A DNA stretch of 64,000 bases from Octopus sinensis (lineage: Eukaryota), in the NCBI RefSeq assembly GCF_006345805.1, contig NC_043006.1, forward strand, positions 24,738,001-24,802,000, in the 5' to 3' direction. The notes under the pieces were generated by a model that saw only the letters and a program-made list of their open reading frames with translations, did no database searches and was not told the origin of the DNA. A program made the position numbers and the translations under genes. Below are positions 25,700-38,700 of the stretch, one piece after another (position 1 is the stretch's first letter; the number at the start of each line of letters is the position of its first letter).

Positions 25700-26290
25700 G
25701 AAGTATTCATGCCGCATTAAGAGTGAATATTTCATTATAAACAATGTTTTTTGTTTTATTTTGTGGTGAATAAGCAAAAAGATTTGCTTTTGCATCCACA
25801 CATGATGCTCCTACATAAAGTTGGCCATGTGAAAAGCATGGTTCTTGAAGTTGCAAACCAGCAACTTTTAGAGCTTGGCCCTGACTTTTATAAATGCTCG
25901 TGGCAAAAGAAACTCGGAGAGGAAACTGTAACCGTTTAAATTGGGATGGGACATTAGATGGTATAACTGGTATGTGAGGAATGAAGATGGTGTCACCTTT
26001 ACCACAACCAGTGAGAATATTTGCCTCAGTGCAGTTCCTCATAAATTTGTGCACAATTAATCTTGTACCATTGCATAATTTTGGTTGAGACAAATTACAC
26101 AGTAGTATAATAAGGGGTCCTTTTTTCAGCTGAAGACAGTGAGGAGCTGTACCTGGTGGTTCTAGTGAGTTCAAAAATTCAATGGGGTAGTTAACACTAT
26201 CTTGATCATCAACAACACTGTCAATTGAGTTTATGTGAATATTTCTCCTGGAAGCTTATTCAATAGCATATTATTAATGCTATGTACTGC
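25700..26290 (-). pseudogene. Helitron PIF1-like helicase C-terminal fragment
   Basis: [63 protein letters not shown]. Confidence 0.9.
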
Positions 26291-27289
26291 AACCTTTTTG
26301 GAGCCAGGATAGCTCACTCACCGATCCAATCTGTATTGTTGTAATTATGAAGAAGATTAGGAAAGATGTGTGTGTGTTCTTTTAGTGAGGGAAAAAGAGA
26401 GAGAAAGAAAGAATGAGGGACAGAGAAAGAAGGAAGGGAAAATAAAGAGAAAGAGAGAGAGAGAGGGAAGGAAAGAGGGAAAATAGACTGATAGAGAAGA
26501 AAGAAAATCACAGAGAGATGGTATCTGGATTTAGTTTCACTTTGCAGGACAAGCAAAGAGACAGGCATACAGAAAATATAAAGGGAGAAGACAGAGAAAG
26601 AAAATCATAAAGAGATGGTGTCTGATTTTTGTTTCACTTTGGGGGACAAATAGACAGACAGAATCTCTCTGTTATATGTATATAGAAGACATATATATAT
26701 ATAATTACAATAAGGGCATTGAATAATTACAATGCCAAAGGGTCTATGAACCACTAAAATAATAAACAGTTATGGTATTTTAGTATGCTGACCACTGATA
26801 AATCATTAAATAAAAATATATATTAAATCACTCCTATAATATATTTGGTGCAGAACTATTCTGAGTAAATAACTGCATGGTTGAAATAGATGCTTGAATT
26901 TTGAAATTCATGGATACGTGTGAAATGCATGTATATTGACCCTGCCAACGGTGGTATGTAAGTATTTCTCCTTTATTTACATTAGGTGTGTTACCACTAA
27001 CAATCAGAAAAAGTTTTAGTAACTCAAACCATGAAATCTATAGTTATGGTACTATCCAATCTATTTTATAAATCCTCACTTCTATTTTCCTCGCTTACAA
27101 CCTTTTAATGGAGTAAAAAATTTTAGTGGTTCACAGACCATTTGGTGTCTGTTTCTAGCAGACTGATGTAATTATTCAATGCTCTTATTGTAATTTTAAT
27201 ATAAATTAAGCAGTGTGGTATTTCAGTATGCTGGCCACTGCTAAATGATTAAATAATGACTTTATCCTTATTACATATAAATATATATA

Positions 27290-27980
27290 TCATCACCATC
27301 GTCGTTTAATGTCCGCCTTCCATGCTAGCATAGACTGAGGTCTGGTGAACCAGATGGCTGCACCAGACTCCAATCTGATCTGGCAGAGTTTCTACAGCTG
27401 GATGCCCTCCCTAATGCCAACCACTCCGAGAGTGCAGTGCGTGCTTTTACGTGCCACCGGCATGAGGACCAGTCAGGCAGTACTGGCAACGGCCATGCTC
27501 AAATGGTGCTTTTTATGTGTCACCTGCACAGTAGCCAGTCCAGCGGCACTGACAATGACCTTGCTCGAATGTTTTTTCACATGCCATCAGCACAAGTGCT
27601 AGTAAGGTGACGCAGGTAACGATCACGCTTGAATGGTGTTTTTAATGTGCCATCGGCTCGGAGGCCAGCTTGTTGCTCTGGCCCCGATCTCACCCGTATG
27701 GTACTCTTAGCGCTCCACTAGCACAGATGCCAGTCATCAAATTTGATTTTGATTTCACTTGCCTCAACAGGTCTTCACAAGCAGAGTTTAGAGTCCAATG
27801 AAGGAAAGGCACACATAAGTGGACTGGTTATACCCCTGGTGTAGGCCACAAGGTTATGGTCTCACTTGTGCTTGCCGAGTTTTTTCAAGCACAGCATATT
27901 TCCAGAGGTCCCAGTCACTAGTCATTGCCTCGGTGAGGCCCAGTGTTTGAAGGTCATGCTTCACCACCACATCCCAGGTC
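27290..27980 (-). mobile_element. RTE-like LINE 3' fragment
   Basis: Same tail and 3'UTR; both ends abut (TA)n. Confidence 0.85.
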
Positions 27981-28977
27981 ATATATATATATTTTTTTGT
28001 ATGTTTGCTCAAATTTACCGGTCTTTTCTTATAAACACTATGCATGACATTTGAATTCAAAACTTAAGTGTGTAGATAGTTTATTCTTGCCAGTCAAGAT
28101 ACATGTAAGCCCCAAGGTAAGGTCTTGTATTGATTTCTATCTATAGGAATATTCCCGACGAGACAAATGGAACCTTTAATAGGTTCCTAACGTTGAAATT
28201 GCAATAGGGAATTAACCATCTATTTTTAAGTTGTGAATTCTATATGTCATGTCGCCCGCAGACAGCTTTTATCGTGAGTAGAAATAATATGAGTGATAAT
28301 AGTGGCTTTATAGCAGTTTTGACTGCTATTTCTAAACATGTAAGGGGTTTTGAAACCCTCTTAGTTATAACTGTGACTTGTTCCTAATTATAAACATTCT
28401 TCTTCTATGTATTTATGATAACATGTTTGGCCATTGATATATTCATAAATAATTATTAATTGTTTATGATATATCCTCTGTAATATATTTTTGCATTACT
28501 TGTTTTATCTATATAAATATACATTAGGGCCGTGGAATTTAAAGATTAATTAATCGATTAATCGTTAATTTATTTTAACGATTAAATTTTTGTTTTAACA
28601 ATTAAATTTTTATTAACTGGTTTCAGATTCAATTTTCTACCCATCATTAATAAATAAGCTGGTAAGTTGGGAAGCAACAGTAACAACAGTAAAATGACTG
28701 CGGAGAAGAATCGAGTTATGAAATATAAACCTATGTTAGGTCAATTGCATGAACATTTTGGGTTTAAATTGTTGGCTGATGGTAATATCAAAACTGCTGG
28801 TAAAGTTTATTGCATCTATTGCGACAAATCATTTATGGATCTAACACATCGCTTACTTATCACCTTCAAAACAAACACTTGCTACAGTATTCGAAACTCA
28901 GCTTGCAAAGTCAGTTTCATTTAGTCAGTCTATAGTGGCAGTGTCATCTACCTCCAAGCAGACTACTTTAAGTCATA

Positions 28978-29292
28978 CAGTTCTATAATTAAGAGATGAG
29001 GAATTATGTACATTATTTACATTTGACGGATATTTCGGCAGATTTTACCCTCCAGCCTTCATCAGGTGTCTTGGGGAAATTTCAAACTTGGGTTCTCGTT
29101 CCTAAGGTATTTTTCGATGTTATTATTACTATTAATTATTATTATTCAGGTCACTGCCTGGAATCGAACTTGGAATCTTGGGGTTAGTAGCCTGGGCTCT
29201 TAACCACTACGCCATATGGAGGGTATACCAGCTGAAACGTTTTAACAACAAACAAGATGAGGACAAATATCCATCAAATGTAAATAATGTAC
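28978..29292 (-). mobile_element. Family D element: tRNA-like head, (AAT)n, hammerhead, tail, with a 5' inverted tail segment
   Basis: A box rc at 29204-29214, B box rc at 29161-29169, core rc at 29058-29065, inverted piece 29218-29292. Confidence 0.82.
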
Positions 29293-29696
29293 TTTAAGTC
29301 AGTATTATTGTTGGTCTGATCATCTGGTGAGTGCTACTGTACAATATGACGTTAAAATATCACTTGCAAACTGGATAGCTAATAGCAGTAGACCAATATT
29401 GATACTAGAAAATGATGGTCTTTAGCAAGTATTGTGTACAGCGCTTCAAAATACCAAATATAAACTACTATTGATAAAATGTTGGCTGATATTTATAACA
29501 GCAAAAGAGAAAGTGTTAAAAAAGTAGTGAAAAATTCAGTGTTAACATCTGATTTTTGGACATCACTGGGTAACGAAAGTTATTGCAGAATCACTGGCCA
29601 TTAGATTGCTGATGACTGGAACTTAATAAGTGTTATTCTTGAATGTGTACTTGTTGTTGAACATCACTATTCTAACAATGTTGCTGAGTTATATCT

Positions 29697-30104
29697 CTTT
29701 ACTCTTTTACTCTTACTTGTTTCAGTCATTTGACTGCGGCCATGCTGGAGCACCGCCTTAATCGAGCAACACGACCCCGAGACTTATTCTTTTGTAAGCC
29801 CAGTACTTATTCTATCAGTCTCTTTTGCTGAACCGCTAAGTAACGGGGACATAAACACACCAGCATCGGTTGTCAAGCAATGCTAGGGGGACAAACACAG
29901 ATGCACAAACACACACACGCATATATATAAATATATATACGACGGGCTTCTTTCAGTTTCCGTCTACCAAATCCACTCACAAGGCTTTGTTCGGCCCAAG
30001 GCTATAGTAGAAGACACTTGCCCAAGGTGCCATGCAGTGGGACTGAACCCGGAACCATGTGGTTGGTAAACAAGCTACTTACCACACAGCCACTCCTGCG
30101 CCTA
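29697..30104 (-). mobile_element. SINE family A, full length
   Basis: Near-identical organisation to 4791-5188. Confidence 0.9.
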
Positions 30105-30417
30105 TAAACAATTTGTAGAAGATTGGGATATAACAAAGAAGATTCAGGTTCTAGTAACAGACAATGCACGAAATTTGGTTTCAGCTGTTAAACAAATTGG
30201 TTTTGCTCGTAGCCTGCAGTTGAGCGCATATTGCATGGATTTAAAACTGCAGAAACAGAAACATCGGTTGTTAAATGTCAAAAAATCATAGGACATTTTA
30301 AACATAGCCCTATCTACACAACTGAATTGCAGAATTGTAATGATTCACCATTGCGTAAGTTACAACAAGATGTTCCAACAAGATGGAACAGTGCTTTTCT
30401 AATGCTGCAGAGTCTGC

Positions 30418-30800
30418 TGTGGCTGTGTGGTAAGTAGCTTGCTAACCAACCACATGGTTCCGGGTTCAGTCCCACTGCGTGGCATCTTGGGCAAGTGTCT
30501 TCTGCTATAGCCCCAGGCCGACCAATGCCTTGCGAGTGGATTTGGTAGACGGAAACTGAAAGAAGCCTGCCGTATATATGTATATATATATAAATGTATG
30601 TGTGTCTGTGTTTGTCCCCCTAGCATTGCTTGACAACCGATGCTGGTGTGTTTACGTCCCCGTCACTTATCGGTTCGGCAAAAGAGACTGATAGAATAAG
30701 TACTGGGCTTACAAAGAATAAGTCCCGGGGTCGATTTGCGGTGCTCCAGCATGGCCGCAGTCAAATGACTGAAACAAGTAAAAGAGTAAAGAGTAAAGAG
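30418..30800 (+). mobile_element. SINE family A
   Basis: Head through (AAGAGT)n tail; interrupts the hAT ORF between MLQSL and EYARE. Confidence 0.9.
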
Positions 30801-31202
30801 TATGCCAGAGAAGCAATAACCATCTATATTCCAGACGACGAGAAGCAATATAAAGGTCTAAAACTGTTTGATTCTGATTGGGAAAAGATTTCAAAATATA
30901 TCAACATTTTAGACTTAATTTGTCAGGCTATGGTTCTGTTTGGCGATGAAAAATATATGTCATGTAGCCGTGTATTGCCACTGTTAATGTCTTTGACAAA
31001 GTACATGTAAATGATGAATATCTAGGTTATATAACCAGATTCAAGGCAGTATCTGTTAATGACTTCAGAAAACGTGAAGCCGACATGAAGAGTATTGAAA
31101 TATTACAGATTGCAATAGCACTTGATCCATGATATAAAAACTTGAAGTGTTTATCAGACAATTGAAAAGAACAAACTTGGTTACTTATTGGACAACAAAT
31201 AA

Positions 31203-31417
31203 ATTTCTTTACTACCCACAAGGGACTAAACACAGAGAGGACAAACAAGGACAGACAAATGGATTAAGTTGATTATACCGATCCCAGTGCGTAACTGGTA
31301 CTTATTTAATCGACCCCGAAAGGATGAAAGGCAAAGTCGACCTCGGTGGAATTTGAACTCAGAACGTAGCGGCAGACGAAATACCGCTAAGCATTTCGGC
31401 CGGCGTGCTAACGATTC
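31203..31417 (-). mobile_element. SINE family C
   Basis: Reverse complement of the family C consensus. Confidence 0.88.
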
Positions 31418-32042
31418 TGCCAGCTCAGTTGATGTTAATGATAATCAGCTGAAGACTAATGCAAAAGATGATACTTTATTGAAAAGTGTCAATAAAACTA
31501 TATGAAAACCTAATGAAAAGCGTATTAAGCCGATGGAGTCTGACTCAGACTTAGGAGAAGGTGTCGAAAACGCTTTTGATGAAGTACAGCAATATATAAT
31601 GGAGAAAAAAGTTGCTGAATCAGTTGATCCACTACAATGGTGTAAACTTAATGGACATCAAAATCCAAAATTGGCATTGTTTGCAAAGACTGTTCTGTGC
31701 ATAGCAGCTGCCTTTGTTCCGTGTGAATGATTATTTAGCTCTGCTGGTTACATTTTTAACAAGATGTGCTCATCACTTGAACCAAATACTGTTAACATGC
31801 TTGTGTGTTTGTGTAACTGGCTTTCCAGCAACATTTGAGTGAGAAAAAAACCTATGCTATTTCTTGTTTTTAACTAAATTTTAACTGAAATATCATAAAC
31901 TTGTCAATAAATGCAACTGCAGACATTTTTGTGCTTTAATCAAAATTAACTATTAGTTAATCATTAATTTCTCAAAAGTTAATTATTAAAATTAAATTAA
32001 TCGTTACCATCCTAATATATGTATATATATATATATTTATAT

Positions 32043-32356
32043 ATATCACCGTGATCACCGTGACCGACCAGGCTATCAGATGTTGCTACACATCGCTGGT
32101 CACAATGCGCTTCACATAGTTTTAGCCTTCAAATGACGCCACCCCGCTGGCTAAGCGAGCAGGCCAATAGAGGAAAGAGTGAGAGAAAGTTGTGGCGAAA
32201 GAGTACAGCAGGGATCGCCACCACCCCCTGCCGGAGCTTCGTAGAACTTAAGGTTTTTCGCTCAATAAACACTCACAACGCCCGGTCTAGGAATCGAAAC
32301 TGCGATCGTACGACCGCAAGTCCGCTGCCCTAACCACTGGGCTATTGCGCCTCCAC
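32043..32356 (-). mobile_element. tRNA-derived SINE family F
   Basis: Minus strand ggcgcaatagcccagtggttagggcagcggac..gtttcgattcc head and (cacggtgat)n tail. Confidence 0.8.
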
Positions 32357-32446
32357 ATACTTATATATATACACACATATATATATACACACACACATAT
32401 ATACATACATATATATATATATATTTATATATATACACACACACAT

Positions 32447-32479
<33 letters not shown>

Positions 32480-32853
32480 GTACAAAGTAAGATACGGATT
32501 ATGGGTGTAACCCACTATGGGATAGTATTTATCCAATATACTGTTGGTAAAATACCTAGATTCTTAATACATAAATGTTTTTAATTGCAATGCAATTAAC
32601 TCATTTATTGTATCAAATGGGTGAAGGTAAAGAAATATTTTTACCGTAAATTTATAATACAAATAAGAAAATGGAGAAACAAATTTAGTTTGTTCATCAA
32701 CTTTCAGATATTATAATGTTGGATTATTTATTCACTTAACAAAATGAGAACCTCAATAGCATACATATATATCTTATAATTCAGTACATATAAGATAAGA
32801 GTACAAATTATAAAAGTCATAATATAATTTATTGAAATCATTAAAATCACTTC

Positions 32854-33840
32854 TTACATGTATGGTGTCCAAGTATCACTTCCATACAGGAGAGTGCTAA
32901 GTACACATGCCTGGTAAATCTTCATTTTTGTGATCTTGGTCAGCTTATTGTTGTCCCATGCCCGTTTGGAGGGTTGGGCCATCACAGCAGCTGCCTTGCC
33001 AATGCGTATATTGAGCTCAGCATCAAGGGATAGGTTGTAGGTGATGGCAGAGCCAAGATAGGTAAACTTCTCCACCTCCTGTAGTCTGTGGTCTCCAATA
33101 TGTATGTTTGGGATGTCCGATGTAGCCTGACCCACGATGTTTGTCTTCTTGAGGCTTATAACTAAGCCAAAGTCACCACATGCTTGCTCAAAACAGTTGA
33201 TGAGCCTTTGCAGGGCTTCCTCTGTGTGTGATACCAGAGCGGCATCATTAGCAAATAGCATCTCCTTGATCAGGACGCTTCTGGTTTTGGTCTTGGCACG
33301 CAAACACGAGAGATTGAACAGTTTCCCATCACTTTTACTGTGCAGAAACACTCCATCACCTGATGTCTGAAAGGCATGTGACAGCAGCAGCGAGAAGATA
33401 CCAAATAATGTAGGAGCAAGGACACAGCCTTGCTTTACCCCGTTTTTTATTTGGAAGGCAGCTGATGTTGAACCATTGTGCTGTATGGTGCCTTGCATAT
33501 CATCATGGAAAGATTTGATGATCCTCAGTAGCTTTGGTGGACATTCAATTTTTTGGAGCATGATGAAGAGGCCTTTTCTACTTACCATGTCAAAGGCCTT
33601 TGTCAGATCAATGAAGGCCATATATAATGGCATTTTCTGCTGTCTGGACTTCTCCTGAAGTTGGCATATGGAGAATATCATGTCAATAGTTGATCTGCTT
33701 CTTCTAAAGCCACACTGCGATTCTGGATAAATTCGAGAAGCAAGCAGTTGTAGCCTGGACAGGATAACGCGAGCAAAGGTCTTTCCAACAGTGCTTAGAA
33801 GAGATATTCCACAGTAATTGTTACAATCACCACAGTCACC
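32854..33840 (-). pseudogene. RTE (BovB-like) reverse transcriptase, open for more than 300 codons, 3'-truncated
   Basis: CNNYCGISLLS; PESQCGFR..STIDMIF; FIDLTKAFD; GVKQGCVLAPTLF; LFANDAAL; FTYLGS. Confidence 0.92.
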
Positions 33841-33844
33841 CTGG

Positions 33845-34105
33845 GTAGCCTAATTGTCAGGATTCCTCTCTCGACCTTGCTTATGTAGTCCTAAGGAGTG
33901 CAGAGCATTACATTTAGCACCAGCTTGGTTGCAGGAGCTGCCGGAAGAGTGTTGAGTCAAACACTAAGCCGTCTTCAGAGCTCCACTTAGGATTTCTTTG
34001 AAGGTTGTCTCCTTTCCGTAACCCTGGATAGGGGCCCATACCGGGTACTGTCAGCCAAAGGCAGCTGAGTCAGGGACTCGTGTCAGGCAGGGTCGTCACT
34101 CCCTG
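33845..34105 (-). mobile_element. Probable RTE 5'UTR fused directly to the RT region
   Basis: Non-coding GC-richer segment (ctcctgcaaccaagctggtgc..aaggtcgagagagg) abutting the RT with no endonuclease sequence between. Confidence 0.55.
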
Positions 34106-34817
34106 AAGTAGTGAAGAAATTTGCTACCCACTACCCATGTATAAGTACATAAATATATACATTTGTGTGTGTTTATGTAGGTCTGTAAGTATGTATATAT
34201 CACTTTGACTATTTTCTTTTTGATGTTTTTCACATTTCTAATTCCCGTGTCTCTTGGATGTGATCCACAGAAGAAAAGATATTTATCTGATATACTGTGA
34301 AGAATTATTTCCATTATTTTCATACTCCTGTACATCTGCTCTTAAATATGATTATGGGTTGGACTAAATATGATATATACACGTATGATACATATGATAT
34401 ACATATATGTATCATATATACATAGATCATATGTACATATCACACACACACACATATACAATGAAAAGAATAAGTCAAAGAAAATTCTTTAACGCAACTT
34501 CAAATATGAGTTACACATGTTTCCGTACCATCTCTATTTGCAACGCCAGTTTATGCAAAAATTCTAAAAGAAAAATTATGTAATATTTGGGACATTGGAG
34601 TGAGACTTCTTCAGTCTTGCATCAAAGTCAAGCTATTATATTGCGCCTTTATCAGATCTTGTTGCTGTGGAAATGTTTAAAAATAGGGAGAAACAAATAG
34701 CAGAAGGTGAAAGAGAATAATCAGAAAAAGTGGAAGGAAAGGAAGAAGAAGCTGGGGTCCCATTCATACCATGGAATACTATGTATTTATCTGCACAGTA
34801 ACATTAAACTGCGCACA

Positions 34818-35347
34818 TTAAAATGAAAAGATCTATTACATAGATAACTAGACAATTGTCCGGAGTCAAAGGATGAGAATATTAAAGATGTATGTTGTGG
34901 GGGGACCTAAAATTTATGAACTTAGAGTGTTTCATCACTGGGAGAGAGGTACAAGTAGTAAAAGACAAACATACATACAGGAATGTACACATAGATACAC
35001 ATACATGTATGTATATTCAGGGGGGATGCAGACACACCCACACATACATGCACAGATACTCGCACGCACTCACACATACCCACACATGTATATATACATA
35101 CGTGTGTAGGTGTGTGTGTATGTGGGTTTCTGTGTATGTGTGTAGGTGTGTCTGCTTCCCCGAGTATATATACGTGTGTGTGTCTATCTATGTGTACATT
35201 TTTCTTTGTAAGTTTGTCCTTTACTATTACTACTTGGACTTCTAAGGTCATAAATTTTAGGTCTCACCACAACATACATCTTTAATATACTCATCCTTTG
35301 ACTCCAAACAATTGTCTAGTTATCTATGTAATAGATCTTTTCACTTT
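34818..35347. mobile_element. MITE-like element with ~110-bp imperfect TIRs and a CA/TG-rich interior
   Basis: gaaaagatctattacatagataactagacaattg.. mirrored by ..caattgtctagttatctatgtaatagatcttttc. Confidence 0.7.
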
Positions 35348-35542
35348 ATGTTGTTGCAGACTAATGTCACTGTGTGGTTAAATACATAGTATTCCATTGG
35401 ATGAATGGCCCTACCAGTAGCGGTTGACACACCCCAGCTTCTTCTTGTTTTCCTTCTACTTCTTCTGATTCTTCTCTTTCGCCTTCTATTCGTTTCCCCC
35501 TCCCTCCCTTTTGCTGTTAGTTCATTCATATATATATATATA

Positions 35543-35730
35543 TGGCATGTAAAAAGCACCCACTACACTCTCAAAGTGGTTGGCGTTAGGAAGGGCATCC
35601 AGCTGTAGAAACTCTGCAAAATCAAGATTGGAGCCTGGTGCAACCATCTGGTTCGCCAGCCCTCAATCAAAATCATCCAACCCATGCTAGCATGGAAAGC
35701 GGACGTTAAACGATGATGATCATGATGATG
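35543..35730 (+). mobile_element. RTE-like LINE 3' tip
   Basis: End motif and (GAT)n tail, tail-to-tail with the long copy. Confidence 0.88.
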
Positions 35731-35744
35731 ATATATATATCATC

Positions 35745-38700
35745 ATCATCATCATCATCATCGTTTAGCGTCCGTTTTCCATGCTAGCATGGGTTGGACG
35801 GTTCTACTGGGGTCTGTGAAGCCAGAAGGCTTCATCAGGCCCAGTCAAATCTGGCAGTGTTTCTACGGCTGGATGCCCTTCCTAACGCCAACCACTCCGT
35901 GAGTGTAGTGGGTGCTTTTTACGTGTCACCCGCACTGGTGCCAGACAGAGCTGGCAAACGGCCACGAACGGATGGTGCTTTTTATGTGCCACCGGCACGA
36001 GGGCCAGGCGAGGCTGGCAACGGACACGAAACGGGGCGGTGCTGGCAACGGTCGCGAAACGGAAAGTTCTCTTACATGCCACCGGCACTGGTAACACATC
36101 TGCAATTTCCATTGATCGATTTCCATTGATCGATTTCGATTCTGATCGTCACTTGCCTCAACGGGTCTTCACAAGCAGAGTTTTGACATGCCACCGGCAC
36201 TGGTAGCACATCCGCAATTTCCATTGATCGATTTCGATTCTGATCCTCACTTGCCTCATCACGTCTTCACAAGTAGAGTTTTGTGTCCCAAGAAGGGAAG
36301 GTATGCATACGTAGGCTGGCTCCATCCCATGTAGAAGGCCACGGTTATGGACTCACTTGTCCTGCCGGGTCTTCTCGCGCACAGCACACTTCCAGAGGTC
36401 TCGGTCTCTAGTCATTTCCTCAGTGAGACCTAAAGTTCGAAGGTCGTGCTTCACCACCTCGTCCCAGGTTTTCCTGGGTCTGCCTCTTCCACAGGTTCCC
36501 TCAACCGCTAGGGTGTGGCACTTTTTCACACAACTATCTTCATCCATTCTTGCCACATGACCATACCAGCGCAAACGTCTCTCTTGCACACCACAACTGA
36601 TGCTTCTTAGGTCCAGCTTTTCTCTCAAGGTACTTACACTCTGCCGAGTGTGAGTACCGGCATTACACATCCATCGGAGCATACTGGCTTCATTTCTAGC
36701 GAGCTTACGCATATCCTCAGCAGTCACGGCCCATGTTTCACTGCCATGTAGCATGGCTGTTCGTACACACGCATCATACAGTCTGCCTTTCACTCTGTGC
36801 GAGAGGCCTTTTGTCACCAGTAGAGGTAAGAGCTCTCTGAACTTTGCCCAAGCTATTCTTACTCTAGCAGTTACACTTTCAGCACACCCGCCCCCGCTGC
36901 TGACTTGGTCACCTAGGTAACGGAAACTATCAACTATTTCTAGTTTTTCTTCCTGGAAAGTGACGGAAGTTGGTCTCAGAGCATTTTCAGTGTTTATTGT
37001 TCCTGAGCATCTGCCACATACAAAAACCATCTTCCTAGTTAGCCTTCCTTTGACATTGCTGCATCTCTTATGTGTCCATAGCTTACACTTGGTGCATCTT
37101 ATAGAGTTTCTACCTACACCTTTTCTACAGATCGAGCAGGGCCATCTACCTGAAGGTGTTTGTGATTTGTCTACCTTCCTACTGATTACGACTTTGGTTT
37201 TAGCTAGATTGACTCTGAGGCCCTTCGATTCTAATCCTTGTTTCCACACCTGAAACTTCTCCTCCAGTTCTGATAGTGACTCAGCAATTAGAGCAAGGTC
37301 ATCAGCATAGAGGAGCTCCCAAGGGCATCCTGTCTTGAATTCCTCCGTTATTGCCTGGAGGACTATGATAAATAGGAGGGGGCTGAGTACTGAGCCTTGG
37401 TGGACTCCTACCTCTACCCGGAATTCTTCACTGTACACATTTCCAACCCTCACCCTACTAGCGGCGTCCCTGTACATGGCCCGCACAGCTCTCACTAACC
37501 ATTCATCTATCCCTAGTTTCCTCATTGCCCACCAGATAAGGGATCGGGGGACCCTGTCGAAGGCTTTCTCCATGTCAACAAAAGCCAGGTACAGGGGCTT
37601 ATCTTTGGCTAGGTATTTCTCCTGCAGCTGCCTTACCAGGAATATAGCATCAGTAGTACTTTTCCCTGGCACAAACCCAAACTGCATCTCATCTAAACTA
37701 ACTCTCTCTCTAATTAGTTGGGCTATGACCCTCTCCGTAACCTTCATCACCTGGTCCAACAGCTTGATACCTCTGTAGTTATTTGTATCTAGGGCATCAC
37801 CTTTACCTTTGTAGCAGTTGACTATTATACTGCTACACACCAGTCATTGGGTATGACCCCTTTGTGTATCACCTGATTAACTATACGGGTGACTAGGCTA
37901 TAGCCGACACTACCAGACATTTTGAGCATCTCTGCAGTGATTCCTGATGGGCCTGGGGCTTTCCCTGTCTTCATGCTTCTAATTGCCTTAGCTACCACGG
38001 AACTATCAACTCGGATAGCTGGTCCCTCTGTTGGGTCAACATTCGGCAGACTCTCTTTATCCCATTCATTTTCTTCATTCAGCAACCTTTCATAGTGGCA
38101 TCTCCAAACCTCTCTCTTTGCATCCTCATTTAGCGCAAGTGAACCATCTTCCATGCGAACACACTTCTCTCCTACCACATCACGATTCTCTCTCACACAC
38201 TGTCTTGCAACACGAAACACCTCCAGTCTTTGGTCCTCACGGCGTAGAACATTGGCAAATTTTTTCTTATCTGCTTCCCCTCTGGCTAAATAAACCTGTC
38301 TCCTAGCTTCTCTTTTGGCAGTCTGATACAATCCCCTGCTACCCCCATTTTTCCAGACCTTCCAAGCCTGTCTCTTTTCTCTAATAGTCCTGTCTACAAT
38401 ATTGTTCCACCACCACGTTATTCTAGGTCGAGAGGGGACTTTGCACCAGCCACAGATCTGGTCAGTGGCTCTCAGCAGGTTGTCCCTTAGAAACGTCCAG
38501 CTGTCTTCTACCCCCTGTGATGCTCTATCCCCTTCTACTTCGTCAGAGGCTTCAAGTAATATGTCCCTAAATCTCTGTCCATTTGCAGGATCTTTAAGCT
38601 TCCAGATCCTTCTTCTCCATATTTGTCGTCTTCTGGTTGTCCTCCTAGTCCTGATCCTAAAGTCACTAACTACCAGTCTATGTTGTGGGGTACATTCTTC

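Larger units (their letters stand above)
28525..32014 (+). mobile_element. hAT (Ac/ZBED1-like) transposon relic with four nested retro-insertions
   Basis: Ends tagggccgtgg.. and ..gttaccatccta with ttaatcg subterminal repeats; BED finger (VYCIYCDKSF..TYHLQNKH); SDFWTS; VTDNARNL; LQQDVPTRWNS; dimerisation domain (DPLQWCKLN..CIAAAFVPCE.LFSSAG). Confidence 0.9.

Noticed and set aside
34500-34620. CTGAAGAAG and GAAACATGT on the minus strand
   Set aside because: Stem II and stem I do not pair without several assumed mutations.
35825-35860. CTGATGA plus hairpin on the minus strand
   Set aside because: No GAAA or stem I follows, and other LINE copies lack the motif.
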